A stretch of DNA of 64,000 nt from the sequence record PV730300.1; one strand, 5' to 3'. The notes under the pieces are model-generated. The model was not told the origin of the DNA. It was given only the letters and a program-made list of their open reading frames with translations, and made no database searches. Positions 55,970-63,716 of the stretch are shown piece by piece. Origin of the DNA: a phage. Position 1 is the first letter of the stretch. Every line of letters begins with the position of its first letter. A program made the position numbers and the translations under genes.

Positions 55970-56044
55970 GGCCCTGTAGCTCAATGGGAGAGCTGTCGGC
56001 TCATAACCGATAGGTAGCTGGATCGAAACCAGCCAGGGCCACCA
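55970..56044 (+). tRNA. tRNA-Met (anticodon CAT; could be lysidine-modified Ile2)
   Basis: Manual cloverleaf: 7-bp acceptor GGCCCTG/CAGGGCC, loop CTCATAA, encoded CCA. Confidence 0.65.
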
Positions 56045-56046
56045 AC

Positions 56047-56121
56047 GTCTTTATGGTGTAATGGATAGCACAGGAGTCTTCTAAACTCTTAGTCAAGGTT
56101 CGATTCCTTGTAAAGACACCA
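56047..56121 (+). tRNA. tRNA-Arg (anticodon TCT)
   Basis: Manual fold: loop CTTCTAA, T-arm CAAGG-TTCGATT-CCTTG, CCA end. Confidence 0.65.
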
Positions 56122-56317
56122 GAACATTTTAACATGAATTAGCTCAAGTGATTTGAACCCACTACTGATCATGGTGGCAGAGAATGAGGCAAGTATGTCA
56201 GACATTATAAACAAAGGCCACGGTTATATTAGAAGACATAAATGCTCGAAGAGCACCGTTCGTTGAGAACGGGGGTTGGTGGAGTCACCATTCATGGTAA
56301 AATGTTTTAAAAAACTA

Positions 56318-56346
56318 TTGACAACTAACATTATTTTATGTTAGAT
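56318..56346 (+). promoter_or_regulatory. promoter (ACTATTGACAA box) internal to tRNA cluster
   Basis: TTGACA-N17-TTAGAT immediately upstream of tRNA-Ser. Confidence 0.45.
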
Positions 56347-56355
56347 TATAAGTAT

Positions 56356-56446
56356 GGAAGGGCAAATCGACGTGGCGACGAAAACGGTCTTGAAAACCGC
56401 CGAGCTTGAAAGAGCCTTGGGAGTTCGACTCTCCCTCCTTCCGCCA
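56356..56446 (+). tRNA. tRNA-Ser (anticodon TGA), type II
   Basis: CGGTCTTGAAAACCG anticodon arm matches E. coli tRNA-Ser(UGA); long variable arm; G73; CCA. Confidence 0.6.
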
Positions 56447-56451
56447 GATTA

Positions 56452-56537
56452 GGTAGATTGGTGAAATGGTAGCCACGACAGTTTGCTAAACTGTAGTCGG
56501 AAACGGCGTGTAGGTTCGAGTCCTACATCTACCGCCA
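56452..56537 (+). tRNA. tRNA-Ser (anticodon GCT), type II
   Basis: Acceptor GGTAGAT/ATCTACC, loop TTGCTAA, long variable arm, G73, CCA. Confidence 0.6.
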
Positions 56538-56667
56538 AGTTCTTTTTAATATAGCTTACTTTAATAGAGTAAACTTTCGGCAGATGGCCCCCACCATCTT
56601 ACCGATAACTCATAGTTAGTGGTGTGAACACTGGCTATTTTAAAAAGAATTTAAATATTAGTATTTA

Positions 56668-56755
56668 GGTGAGTTAATTCCGTAGGGGTAGCGGGGCAGA
56701 CTGTAAATCTGTTATCATTGCGATTCGGGTGGTTCGACTCCATCACTCACCACCA
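56668..56755 (+). tRNA. tRNA-Tyr (anticodon GTA), type II
   Basis: GCAGACTGTAAATCTG anticodon arm as in E. coli tRNA-Tyr; A73; CCA; D-arm atypical. Confidence 0.55.
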
Positions 56756-56761
56756 AATTAA

Positions 56762-56847
56762 GATGAGTTGGCTGAATGGTTTAAGCGGCGGACTGTTAAT
56801 CCGTGTTCGAAAGAACGATATAGGTTCAAATCCTATACTCATCGCCA
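56762..56847 (+). tRNA. type-II tRNA (long variable arm, G73) with GTT anticodon (Asn codons); identity uncertain
   Basis: Perfect 7-bp acceptor, loop CTGTTAA, variable arm GTTC-GAAA-GAAC, T-arm ATAGG-TTCAAAT-CCTAT, CCA. Confidence 0.55.
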
Positions 56848-56852
56848 GAATT

Positions 56853-56932
56853 ATGGACTTGTAGAGTTAAGGTAAACCCCCAGTCGCCAAGAGGCTTCTG
56901 AAATTGCAGGTATCGAATCCTGCCGAGTCCCA
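56853..56932 (+). ncRNA. tRNA-like element, isotype unresolved (possible degenerate tRNA)
   Basis: Acceptor-like GGACTTG/CGAGTCC and T-arm-like GCAGG-TATCGAAT-CCTGC but no canonical anticodon arm found. Confidence 0.25.
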
Positions 56933-56937
56933 GCTTT

Positions 56938-57012
56938 GCTCCTATAGTATAATGGCTATTACAACGGTTTTGTAATCCGTGGATCTCTGTTCGATTCAGA
57001 GTGGGAGCACCA
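56938..57012 (+). tRNA. tRNA-Thr (anticodon TGT)
   Basis: Acceptor GCTCCTA/TGGGAGC, loop TTTGTAA, T-arm CTCTG-TTCGATT-CAGAG, CCA. Confidence 0.6.
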
Positions 57013-57287
57013 ACACAACATTAAGAGCACTGTGATTGATCGTCGTATCCTGTGCACAAGGTCTGTTCGAAAGACAGTGTTCTTAGTATTGTGTTGATCA
57101 CACAAAAAGAGTTACCTGAAACTTGACCGGAGTAGGGTTGGATGGGGCAAAAGAAGAAGCGGCTCTCCCATCGACAGCAACGAAGAATAATATTTGACTT
57201 TGGTTTTGTATTATTTTAAGTTAGCTTACCGAACGTAGGGCTAGTCACCCAATGGGATACTCGTCACTGTCCCACTCAATAAAACTA

Positions 57288-57317
57288 TTGACAACCAATA
57301 GTAAAATGTAGTATAGT
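57288..57317 (+). promoter_or_regulatory. promoter (ACTATTGACAA box) internal to tRNA cluster
   Basis: TTGACA-N18-TATAGT upstream of tRNA-Gly. Confidence 0.45.
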
Positions 57318-57328
57318 AAAGATGTAGG

Positions 57329-57402
57329 GCGTTCTTGGTGTAGCGGTAGCATTCCGTCCTTCCAAGTCGGCGGCACGAGTTCGATCCTCGTAGAACGCTC
57401 CA
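57329..57402 (+). tRNA. tRNA-Gly (anticodon TCC)
   Basis: Loop CTTCCAA as in E. coli tRNA-Gly(UCC); T-arm ACGAG-TTCGATC-CTCGT; CCA. Confidence 0.6.
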
Positions 57403-57499
57403 AATTATTTAATAAAGGGTTGCCAGAAAACTTTCTCTTTTACTCATGGTTTTCTCCTTCTCTCACACCTCTTCTGGTTGCCCTTCATTAAATGATTTA

Positions 57500-57575
57500 T
57501 TGGTTTGTAGTGTAGTCCGGTAGCACACGACACTTTGACTGTCGTAGGTTTGGTTCAAATCCAGACAGACCAGCC
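57500..57575 (+). tRNA. tRNA-Gln (anticodon TTG)
   Basis: Anticodon arm CGACA-CTTTGAC-TGTCG; T-loop TTCAAAT; CCA. Confidence 0.6.
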
Positions 57576-57580
57576 ATATA

Positions 57581-57657
57581 ACGGAATTTAGCTCAGTTTG
57601 GTAGAGCATACGCTTTGGGAGCGTAGGGTCGCAGGTTCGAATCCTGCAATTCCGACC
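57581..57657 (+). tRNA. tRNA-Pro (anticodon TGG)
   Basis: Acceptor CGGAATT/AATTCCG; arm TACGC-TTTGGGA-GCGTA; T-loop TTCGAAT; CCA. Confidence 0.65.
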
Positions 57658-57663
57658 AATTTA

Positions 57664-57737
57664 ATGTTTCGTAGTTCAATGGTAGAACCCACGACTGATA
57701 ATCGTGAGACACAAGTTCGATTCTTGTCGAAACAACC
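57664..57737 (+). tRNA. tRNA-Ile (anticodon GAT)
   Basis: Acceptor TGTTTCG/CGAAACA; arm CACGA-CTGATAA-TCGTG; T-loop TTCGATT; CCA. Confidence 0.65.
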
Positions 57738-57741
57738 AGTT

Positions 57742-57811
57742 TCCCGTTAGACTTACAGGATAAGAGTTCCACAGCTTATTGTGATGCTGGTTCGAATCCA
57801 GCACGGGATAC
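57742..57811 (+). ncRNA. tRNA-like element, isotype unresolved
   Basis: T-arm GCTGG-TTCGAAT-CCAGC and acceptor-like TTCCCGT/ACGGGAT but anticodon arm not resolvable by eye; no CCA. Confidence 0.3.
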
Positions 57812-57816
57812 CTAAT

Positions 57817-57895
57817 AGCGGGATAGAGGAGTCTGGTCGTCCTCGCCAGTTTCATATGCTGGAGATCATCGGTTCGAATCCGATTCCCGCCTCCA
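57817..57895 (+). tRNA. tRNA-Met-like (anticodon CAT) with A1-C72 mismatch
   Basis: Arm CCAGT-TTCATAT-GCTGG, T-arm ATCGG-TTCGAAT-CCGAT, CCA; first acceptor pair unpaired. Confidence 0.5.
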
Positions 57896-58012
57896 AATAT
57901 CGCTTGCCAGCGGTATCTTTGAAGACCTTGCCTGGTTCCTTCTAAGATGGAGGGGTGCGACTCCTTAACGCACAATTATAATAAAGCATTTCAACTTAAC
58001 AGTATTTATTAG

Positions 58013-58038
58013 CCTCCTTATTGGAGGCTTTTTGCTAC
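58013..58038 (+). terminator. rho-independent terminator after tRNA cluster (AGCCTCC-TTATT-GGAGGCT + TTTTT)
   Basis: Seen directly. Confidence 0.6.
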
Positions 58039-58102
58039 CTATTGAATAAAACTTGACTTATTATTTTTTATATGTTAAGATAAAGTTTAGGAGGATTTTA
58101 TT

Positions 58103-58399
58103 ATGCCTAAACTAAAACGTGGTCGTGGAAGACCAACAGCCGAAATGCAACAGATTTACGCAATGGATGCGGCGCAAGCAAGTGTAAAAGAATTATTTGC
58201 AGAGCATTATTTAGAAGCTATGCGGTATATTGTTGAACTTGTTAATGATAAGGATGCAGCAAAACCTCTCCGCTTCCAAGCAGCTAAAGCTATTAAAGAG
58301 CAAGTAGAAGAATGGTTAGAAGAACATTATGAAGCTATGGAAGAAGAAACCCCTGCCGTGCAGAATACAGATGACGTTCCTAAAAAGATCGTAATCTAA
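58103..58399 (+). CDS. hypothetical DNA-binding protein (AT-hook-like KRGRGRP N-terminus)
   Basis: ORF track; RBS AGGAGGA; position upstream of terminase could fit a small terminase subunit but no motif support. Confidence 0.45.
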   Translation: MPKLKRGRGRPTAEMQQIYAMDAAQASVKELFAEHYLEAMRYIVELVNDKDAAKPLRFQAAKAIKEQVEEWLEEHYEAMEEETPAVQNTDDVPKKIVI

Positions 58400-58760
58400 T
58401 CCCTCTCCTCTCTTGGGGCTTTGCCCCCTCCTCCTTGTTATTTTTAACACCCCTCTCCGAAAGGTTAGGGGCTTTTTATTTTTAATGCTTGCAATTATAT
58501 ATCATTTTATGATAAGATCAGATATGAGGAGGATAAAATATGCGCAATTTTGTAGTTAAAAATGATTTTAACCGTTCTTCTTATCATAAAGATAAAAAGA
58601 ATGATTACACACGGGCTTGGAACTTAGAGGAAGAACTTTATGATGACAGAGAAGACTTGGGAAGAGATCCTAGCGGAGGCTCAACCAATGGAAGTGAAGA
58701 AGATAGTTAACAACGCCCCTTCTCTTCCTAAAATAAAATTTTATGAGGAAGTAGAAGATA

Positions 58761-59153
58761 ATGAATCTAAAGACTAAAACTGTATTAAGTTTTGTTTTAA
58801 TTGTTGTTCTTATTCTTGCCGGAATGTTTGCTTATAACAAGATACGTGAGTCTGGCTACAAAGATGGTGTTGCCTATCAAACGCAAGTATATCAAGCAGC
58901 CCAAGCAAAAGCAAAACAAGATTTCGATGTTCTTCAAAAAAGAGCGGATGAAGAAAGAGCATTATTAAATACTCAAATAAACAACTTGTCTAAAAACAAT
59001 GCACAATTAAAAGCAGATTTAGAGAAGAAGAAACAAACGATCAATGAGGATACAACGAATTATGCAAAAACTAATTCTGGCAGTATGTCTTGCTTTGCCC
59101 CTAATGATGACGGGTTGTTCATCATCAACAAAAGTTTCCCCAGTTCTTATTGA
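58761..59153 (+). CDS. i-spanin (Rz-like): N-terminal TM anchor plus periplasmic coiled coil
   Basis: TM segment TVLSFVLIVVLILAGMFAY then charged coiled-coil; overlapped by lipoprotein ORF in another frame. Confidence 0.55.
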   Translation: MNLKTKTVLSFVLIVVLILAGMFAYNKIRESGYKDGVAYQTQVYQAAQAKAKQDFDVLQKRADEERALLNTQINNLSKNNAQLKADLEKKKQTINEDTTNYAKTNSGSMSCFAPNDDGLFIINKSFPSSY

Positions 59154-59388
59154 TGAGTGTAAGGCTGTAGCCATAGAAAAGGTTAAAGGTCCAGATTCGG
59201 ATTTGATGGATAAAGTATCGACACCTGTGCCATACACTAAAAATCAAATTGCAAAAGGGGTTAGTAGATCTGAAGTTGTTAACAACCAAACTCAAAACAA
59301 CGCTCTTTGGGAGCAAGATAGACGAAAGGTTTTAGGTTTACAAACATATATTAAAACACTGCAAGAAAAAGGTATTATTGCTGAATAA
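59062..59388 (+). CDS. o-spanin (Rz1-like outer-membrane lipoprotein), overlapping i-spanin
   Basis: Signal peptide with lipobox LMMTGC; starts inside 58761 ORF in a different frame. Confidence 0.5.
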   Translation: MQKLILAVCLALPLMMTGCSSSTKVSPVLIDECKAVAIEKVKGPDSDLMDKVSTPVPYTKNQIAKGVSRSEVVNNQTQNNALWEQDRRKVLGLQTYIKTLQEKGIIAE

Positions 59389-59397
59389 GGAGGGAAT

Positions 59398-61473
59398 GTG
59401 GCAAAGAAAAAGGCAGCAGGTAGTTTAGCTGGAGTAGATATTGAAGTAAAGGCTCAACCAGGTAAACAGACTCTTGCAATGGATTTAATGCCAGAAGTTA
59501 TGATTTATGGTGGTGCCGCTGGATGTGTTTCTGCTGAAACGGAATATCTTACAAAAGATGGTTGGAGACAGATTAGTGAATATTCGGGAGAGGATATTTA
59601 CCAATACAACCCTAAGAATAAGCGTTTAGAATTGGTAACACCTTATTTTGTAGAATACGATTTAAATGGAGATAACCTATACAGAATAACAAATGGTGTA
59701 GGATTGTTCCAAGAACTTAGTATGGAACACCGTTTTGTATTCTATAAGAAAAAGAAATCAAAGAAACATTTCGAGATTCTTGTAGGAGATCTTATTGCAT
59801 TACAGCAAATAGGAAAACCCCTTCAAGGTTATGTAGAAAATCCATTCGGTAAACGTGTTCCTTTTAACATACCTGGTAAAAAGAGCACTTACTTAAAAAT
59901 ACACGAGGTTATTTCAACAGATGATAAGAAATATTGTTTTGAGACTCCAAGCAGTTATATTGTCTTTAGACGTGGCGATCACTGCTTCGTTACTGGGAAT
60001 AGCGGCAAGTCTCGTCTGCTATTGCTGAAAGCTTTAAAATACGCCTACAAAGACCCTTTGTTTGGTGGAATACTTTTCCGTAAGAACACCACTGCTCACC
60101 GTAAACCAGGGGGTCTGTTTACAGAAGCAAAACGTTTGTATCTTCCTTTACAACCGCACGTAAAAGAAAGTACAATGGATATCATTTTTGAAGCCACTGG
60201 TGGCGGAACCCTCAAATTTGACCATTTGGAAAACGATAACGTAACCGCAGAAACAAACCATCAGGGTACACAGTATTCAATGGTAGGTTTTGACGAGTTA
60301 ACCCACTTCACACAGTATGAAATGCTCTATCTTCTGGGACGTATGCGTTCAGAGTCAGAAACAAGTTTCATGTTGTGCACATGTAACCCTGACGCAGATA
60401 GTTGGGTTTTGAATTGGGTGTTACCTTATCTTGATGAGGGTGGTTATCCTAGAGAAGATATGTGTGGTAAACAAAAATATTTCATCATTGTTAACGATGA
60501 ACCTGTTTTTGCTGACACACCTGAAGAACTGAAAGAAAAATATCCAGAAAACTGTTTCATGGAAAACCCTAATACAGGGGAGACAGTTGTTATTGAACCA
60601 CAAACTTTCGTATTTATTGGTGGGACAATATTTGATAACCCAGAACTCATTAGGCTTAACCCTAATTACTTAGCACAGCTTAAATCACAAACAGCGATCA
60701 AAAGAGCACAGCTTCTGGACGGTTGTTGGTTTGCACGTATCCAGAAAGAATCTTTCTTTCAACGCGAATGGTTACATAAAATATCTTATAAAGATGTTCC
60801 TAACAATCTTAAACTAATGCGAGCATGGGATAAAGCTGTTTCAGTTCCTACAGAAACTTATCGTTATCCAGACTATACAACATCTGTCAAAATGGGTAAA
60901 GACCAAGATGGTAATATCTACATCTTTGGCGACTATGATTATGATGCTGTGGATGAGAAAAGTAAAATTTTCGGAAGGTTTCGAAGACTACCTGGGGAAA
61001 GGGATAACCTGATTCTAAATCAATGTAAGATTGATGGACCAGAAGTTACAGTAGTTCTTCCTAAAGACCCATCTGGTGCTGGGACAATAGAATATACAGA
61101 GTCTGCAAAGAAACTTATTCTAGAGGGTTTTGTTGTTAAACCAGATGCTATGCCAGGCAACAAGAAAAAGCTTCAGCGTTTTATGCCTTTTAGTAGTGCG
61201 TGTCAAAACGGTTTTGTTTATATTGTTGAAGACTCTTTCCCTAATGTGGAAACTTTAACCCACTTTTATAAAGAATTGGAATCTTTCAATGGTGAAAGAT
61301 CTACAGCCACTATTAAAGATGACATTCCCGATGCTGCTGCCTCTTGTTTTAATACTCTGTCAAAAGAGAATACTTTCAAGGCAGTAGCTATCCCTACAAC
61401 AACAAATGCTCCTACAGGATACAGTAGAATGAACAGCGGATTTCACCAACCGTATAGTGTCCGTAAAAGATAA
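59398..61473 (+). CDS. terL: terminase large subunit (intein-containing precursor)
   Basis: Walker A GGAAG|SGKS split by intein; Walker B MVGFDELTHF; C-terminal nuclease-like domain; followed by portal. Confidence 0.8.
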   Translation: MAKKKAAGSLAGVDIEVKAQPGKQTLAMDLMPEVMIYGGAAGCVSAETEYLTKDGWRQISEYSGEDIYQYNPKNKRLELVTPYFVEYDLNGDNLYRITNGVGLFQELSMEHRFVFYKKKKSKKHFEILVGDLIALQQIGKPLQGYVENPFGKRVPFNIPGKKSTYLKIHEVISTDDKKYCFETPSSYIVFRRGDHCFVTGNSGKSRLLLLKALKYAYKDPLFGGILFRKNTTAHRKPGGLFTEAKRLYLPLQPHVKESTMDIIFEATGGGTLKFDHLENDNVTAETNHQGTQYSMVGFDELTHFTQYEMLYLLGRMRSESETSFMLCTCNPDADSWVLNWVLPYLDEGGYPREDMCGKQKYFIIVNDEPVFADTPEELKEKYPENCFMENPNTGETVVIEPQTFVFIGGTIFDNPELIRLNPNYLAQLKSQTAIKRAQLLDGCWFARIQKESFFQREWLHKISYKDVPNNLKLMRAWDKAVSVPTETYRYPDYTTSVKMGKDQDGNIYIFGDYDYDAVDEKSKIFGRFRRLPGERDNLILNQCKIDGPEVTVVLPKDPSGAGTIEYTESAKKLILEGFVVKPDAMPGNKKKLQRFMPFSSACQNGFVYIVEDSFPNVETLTHFYKELESFNGERSTATIKDDIPDAAASCFNTLSKENTFKAVAIPTTTNAPTGYSRMNSGFHQPYSVRKR
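59524..60000 (+). mobile_element. mini-intein (159 aa) inserted in the terminase P-loop
   Basis: Starts CVSAETEYLTKDGW (block A), TxxH-like SMEH (block B), ends DHCFVTGN followed by +1 Ser; excision restores GGAAGSGKS. Confidence 0.7.
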
Positions 61474-61476
61474 TTG

Positions 61477-61505
61477 TTGACAAAAGTCACTTTAAAGTGT
61501 ATTAT
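61477..61505 (+). promoter_or_regulatory. sigma70-like promoter (TTGACA-N17-TATTAT) upstream of portal gene
   Basis: Seen directly. Confidence 0.4.
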
Positions 61506-61574
61506 AACTAGATAGGTGAGGTTGTATATAATACAGCCTTGCCTTAACGATTTTATACCTGACTGGAGGAACAA

Positions 61575-63140
61575 GTGTCAACAGGAAAAAGAACGTACAC
61601 TAAAAAGTCAGAATACTGGGACAAAGGTGCTGCAAATAAAGCTGCTCTCTCTCCAACAAAAGAAGCAGAGAAAGAGAAAACGTTACTCCTGTCACCTGAA
61701 ATAGGAACGATCGGATTAAACTCAATCAAAGCATTTACGAATTTCATGCAACCCTATGAGACTCGTTTCCCAGAATGTATTCGCACTTTTAAAGAGATGG
61801 GTGAAGACCCTGATGTAGCTACTGCTCTTGACGCTACATATATCTTTGTAGATAGAGCATTCTTTGATTTCAAGATAAAATACAATGTAAACTCGGCAAA
61901 GTCAAGAAAAGCTGCTAAGTTTATTGATTACATGTTACGCAATATGCAAGCCCCTCTACGTCAATATGTTAGATCACTTTTGACATATAAGCAATATGGT
62001 TTTGCATTCGCAGAGAAAGTTTATGAGTTGGATGAAGATCCTAAAAGTCCTTACTTTGGGTATTGGCGATTGACCAAATTGGCTTTTAGACCACAAGACA
62101 CTCTTCACATGGCTCAACCTTTTACATATTCGGCAGACGGACGTTCTATTCTATCTGTTAACCAGAATATCACCAATACGATGTTAGCTCCAGGTAATAC
62201 AACTTTAGAAACGGGTATTAAAGAAATTCCTTTCAGTAAAGTTTTATTTGTTGGTAGCAACATTACAGAGAATAACCCATTAGGAGTTAGTCCGCTGTTA
62301 GCTGTATATCGTAGCTGGCGTGAAAAATCTCTTATTCAGGAATTTGAGGTTATTGGGGTATCTAAAGATTTAGGCGGTATGCCAGTTCTTAAGGTTCCAA
62401 GTGACATTCTAAACAGGGCATCTTTAGATCCTGCGGGGGATGAAGCACAATCTCTTCGAGTTCTCCAAGCCAACATCGCTAACCTGCACTCTGGTGAGCA
62501 AGCCTACATGGTATTGCCTTCAGACGTTTATGAAGGTACAGTGATGCGTCAATACGATCTTGTATTCCAAGGTGTTGATGGCACGGGTAAACAGTTTGAC
62601 ACTCAAGCACTAATCAAACAACGCAAACTGGATATTTATAACCGCTTTGGTGCGGGTGTGTTGATTATGGGTGATGGTGATGCAGGAAGTTTTGCGCTTT
62701 CTGACAACAAACAAACACTATTGTCTCATTTTATTGAGCGAGATGTAGATATTGTTGTAGAAGCTATAAACTCTCAACTGATCCCTCAAACACTACGACT
62801 AAACAATATCTTCCTTTCTGATGAAGATATGCCTAAGTTTGTCAGTGGTGAAATGGGTGATCCTGATATTGAAGTAAATGCTAAAGCTATTCAGCAGTTG
62901 GTAGCCTCTGGTGCAATACCTTTAACCCCAGAAGTTATTAACGAGTTCCTTGAAAAAATTGGTTTTGAATATCGCATCCCTGACGATATTGTTGCCAATA
63001 AAGAAAAATTCTTTGAATTCATGGATAACTATATGCCTGACAAAACTTCACGATCAGGAGATGGTTTAGCTACAGCGGGAACTGGAACGTCTGATACTGT
63101 TTCTGCTTTAGATCCTTCAGCACAAAACCTGTCGAATTAA
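61575..63140 (+). CDS. portal protein (putative)
   Basis: 521 aa ORF immediately downstream of terL and upstream of prohead protease; GTG start after GGAGGAACAA; call by size and synteny. Confidence 0.6.
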   Translation: MSTGKRTYTKKSEYWDKGAANKAALSPTKEAEKEKTLLLSPEIGTIGLNSIKAFTNFMQPYETRFPECIRTFKEMGEDPDVATALDATYIFVDRAFFDFKIKYNVNSAKSRKAAKFIDYMLRNMQAPLRQYVRSLLTYKQYGFAFAEKVYELDEDPKSPYFGYWRLTKLAFRPQDTLHMAQPFTYSADGRSILSVNQNITNTMLAPGNTTLETGIKEIPFSKVLFVGSNITENNPLGVSPLLAVYRSWREKSLIQEFEVIGVSKDLGGMPVLKVPSDILNRASLDPAGDEAQSLRVLQANIANLHSGEQAYMVLPSDVYEGTVMRQYDLVFQGVDGTGKQFDTQALIKQRKLDIYNRFGAGVLIMGDGDAGSFALSDNKQTLLSHFIERDVDIVVEAINSQLIPQTLRLNNIFLSDEDMPKFVSGEMGDPDIEVNAKAIQQLVASGAIPLTPEVINEFLEKIGFEYRIPDDIVANKEKFFEFMDNYMPDKTSRSGDGLATAGTGTSDTVSALDPSAQNLSN

Positions 63141-63168
63141 AAATATTTAATATTTTTTAATTTTTCTA

Positions 63169-63197
63169 TTGACAAAACAACAAATATCCTGTAGACT
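63169..63197 (+). promoter_or_regulatory. sigma70-like promoter (TTGACA-N17-TAGACT)
   Basis: Seen directly; upstream of 63234 CDS. Confidence 0.35.
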
Positions 63198-63233
63198 AAG
63201 ATTTATGGGATATCTGTTTTTAAGAGGTTTCAA

Positions 63234-63713
63234 ATGGAACTCAATAAAGATACACTGTGGGAACTCTTCAAAACCTTCGCTGGTTTTAAAGAGAATTCTG
63301 AATCCCAACAAGATTCTATACCATCTCAAAAACCTGAAACTTTAGTCAAACAAAATAAATTTGATGAAGAAAAGATGCAGGTTATTGAGGTCTTGTATTG
63401 TCCACCTGAAGAAGACGATCTCCACGGAGAGCGCATGTCTGATTTGGAAATCAGGAAGATGGTTGACAACTTCAATGAGAATATTACCAACATTAGCGGT
63501 AATCTTGGTCACATGAAGAACACCGATAAGTTTTCTCCAATTAAAGCTTGGGTAAATGAAGTCGATTGTTACATTGGTGACGAACTCGTTGTGGAAGGAA
63601 CTCCCCTCGTTAAAATCCAATTCAACGACCCTGAATTATATCAAGCTCGTAAAGACGGCGTTCTTAAAGGTTTGAGTATAGGCGCAATGGGCGTTAAAGT
63701 CAAGAAGGACTAA
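63234..63713 (+). CDS. XkdF-like prohead protease / scaffold-associated protein (putative)
   Basis: EDDLHGERMS ... GLSIGAMG pattern recalled from XkdF-like family; position after portal. Confidence 0.45.
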   Translation: MELNKDTLWELFKTFAGFKENSESQQDSIPSQKPETLVKQNKFDEEKMQVIEVLYCPPEEDDLHGERMSDLEIRKMVDNFNENITNISGNLGHMKNTDKFSPIKAWVNEVDCYIGDELVVEGTPLVKIQFNDPELYQARKDGVLKGLSIGAMGVKVKKD

Positions 63714-63716
63714 TCG

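Noticed and set aside
57013-57328. Possible group I intron or extra tRNA in the spacer within the tRNA cluster
   Set aside because: The only T-loop-like hairpin (about 57058-57075) is in the wrong register for a tRNA, and I could not identify the conserved P/Q/R/S intron elements by eye; left as an unexplained structured spacer.
57676-57975. 99-aa minus-strand ORF in the ORF track
   Set aside because: It lies entirely over tRNA-Ile, the unresolved tRNA-like element and the second tRNA-Met; the translation is low-complexity and there is no RBS.
58103-58399. Assigning the 98-aa AT-hook protein as the small terminase subunit
   Set aside because: The only support is position upstream of terL and a basic N-terminus; it is shorter than most small terminases and separated from terL by the spanin genes.
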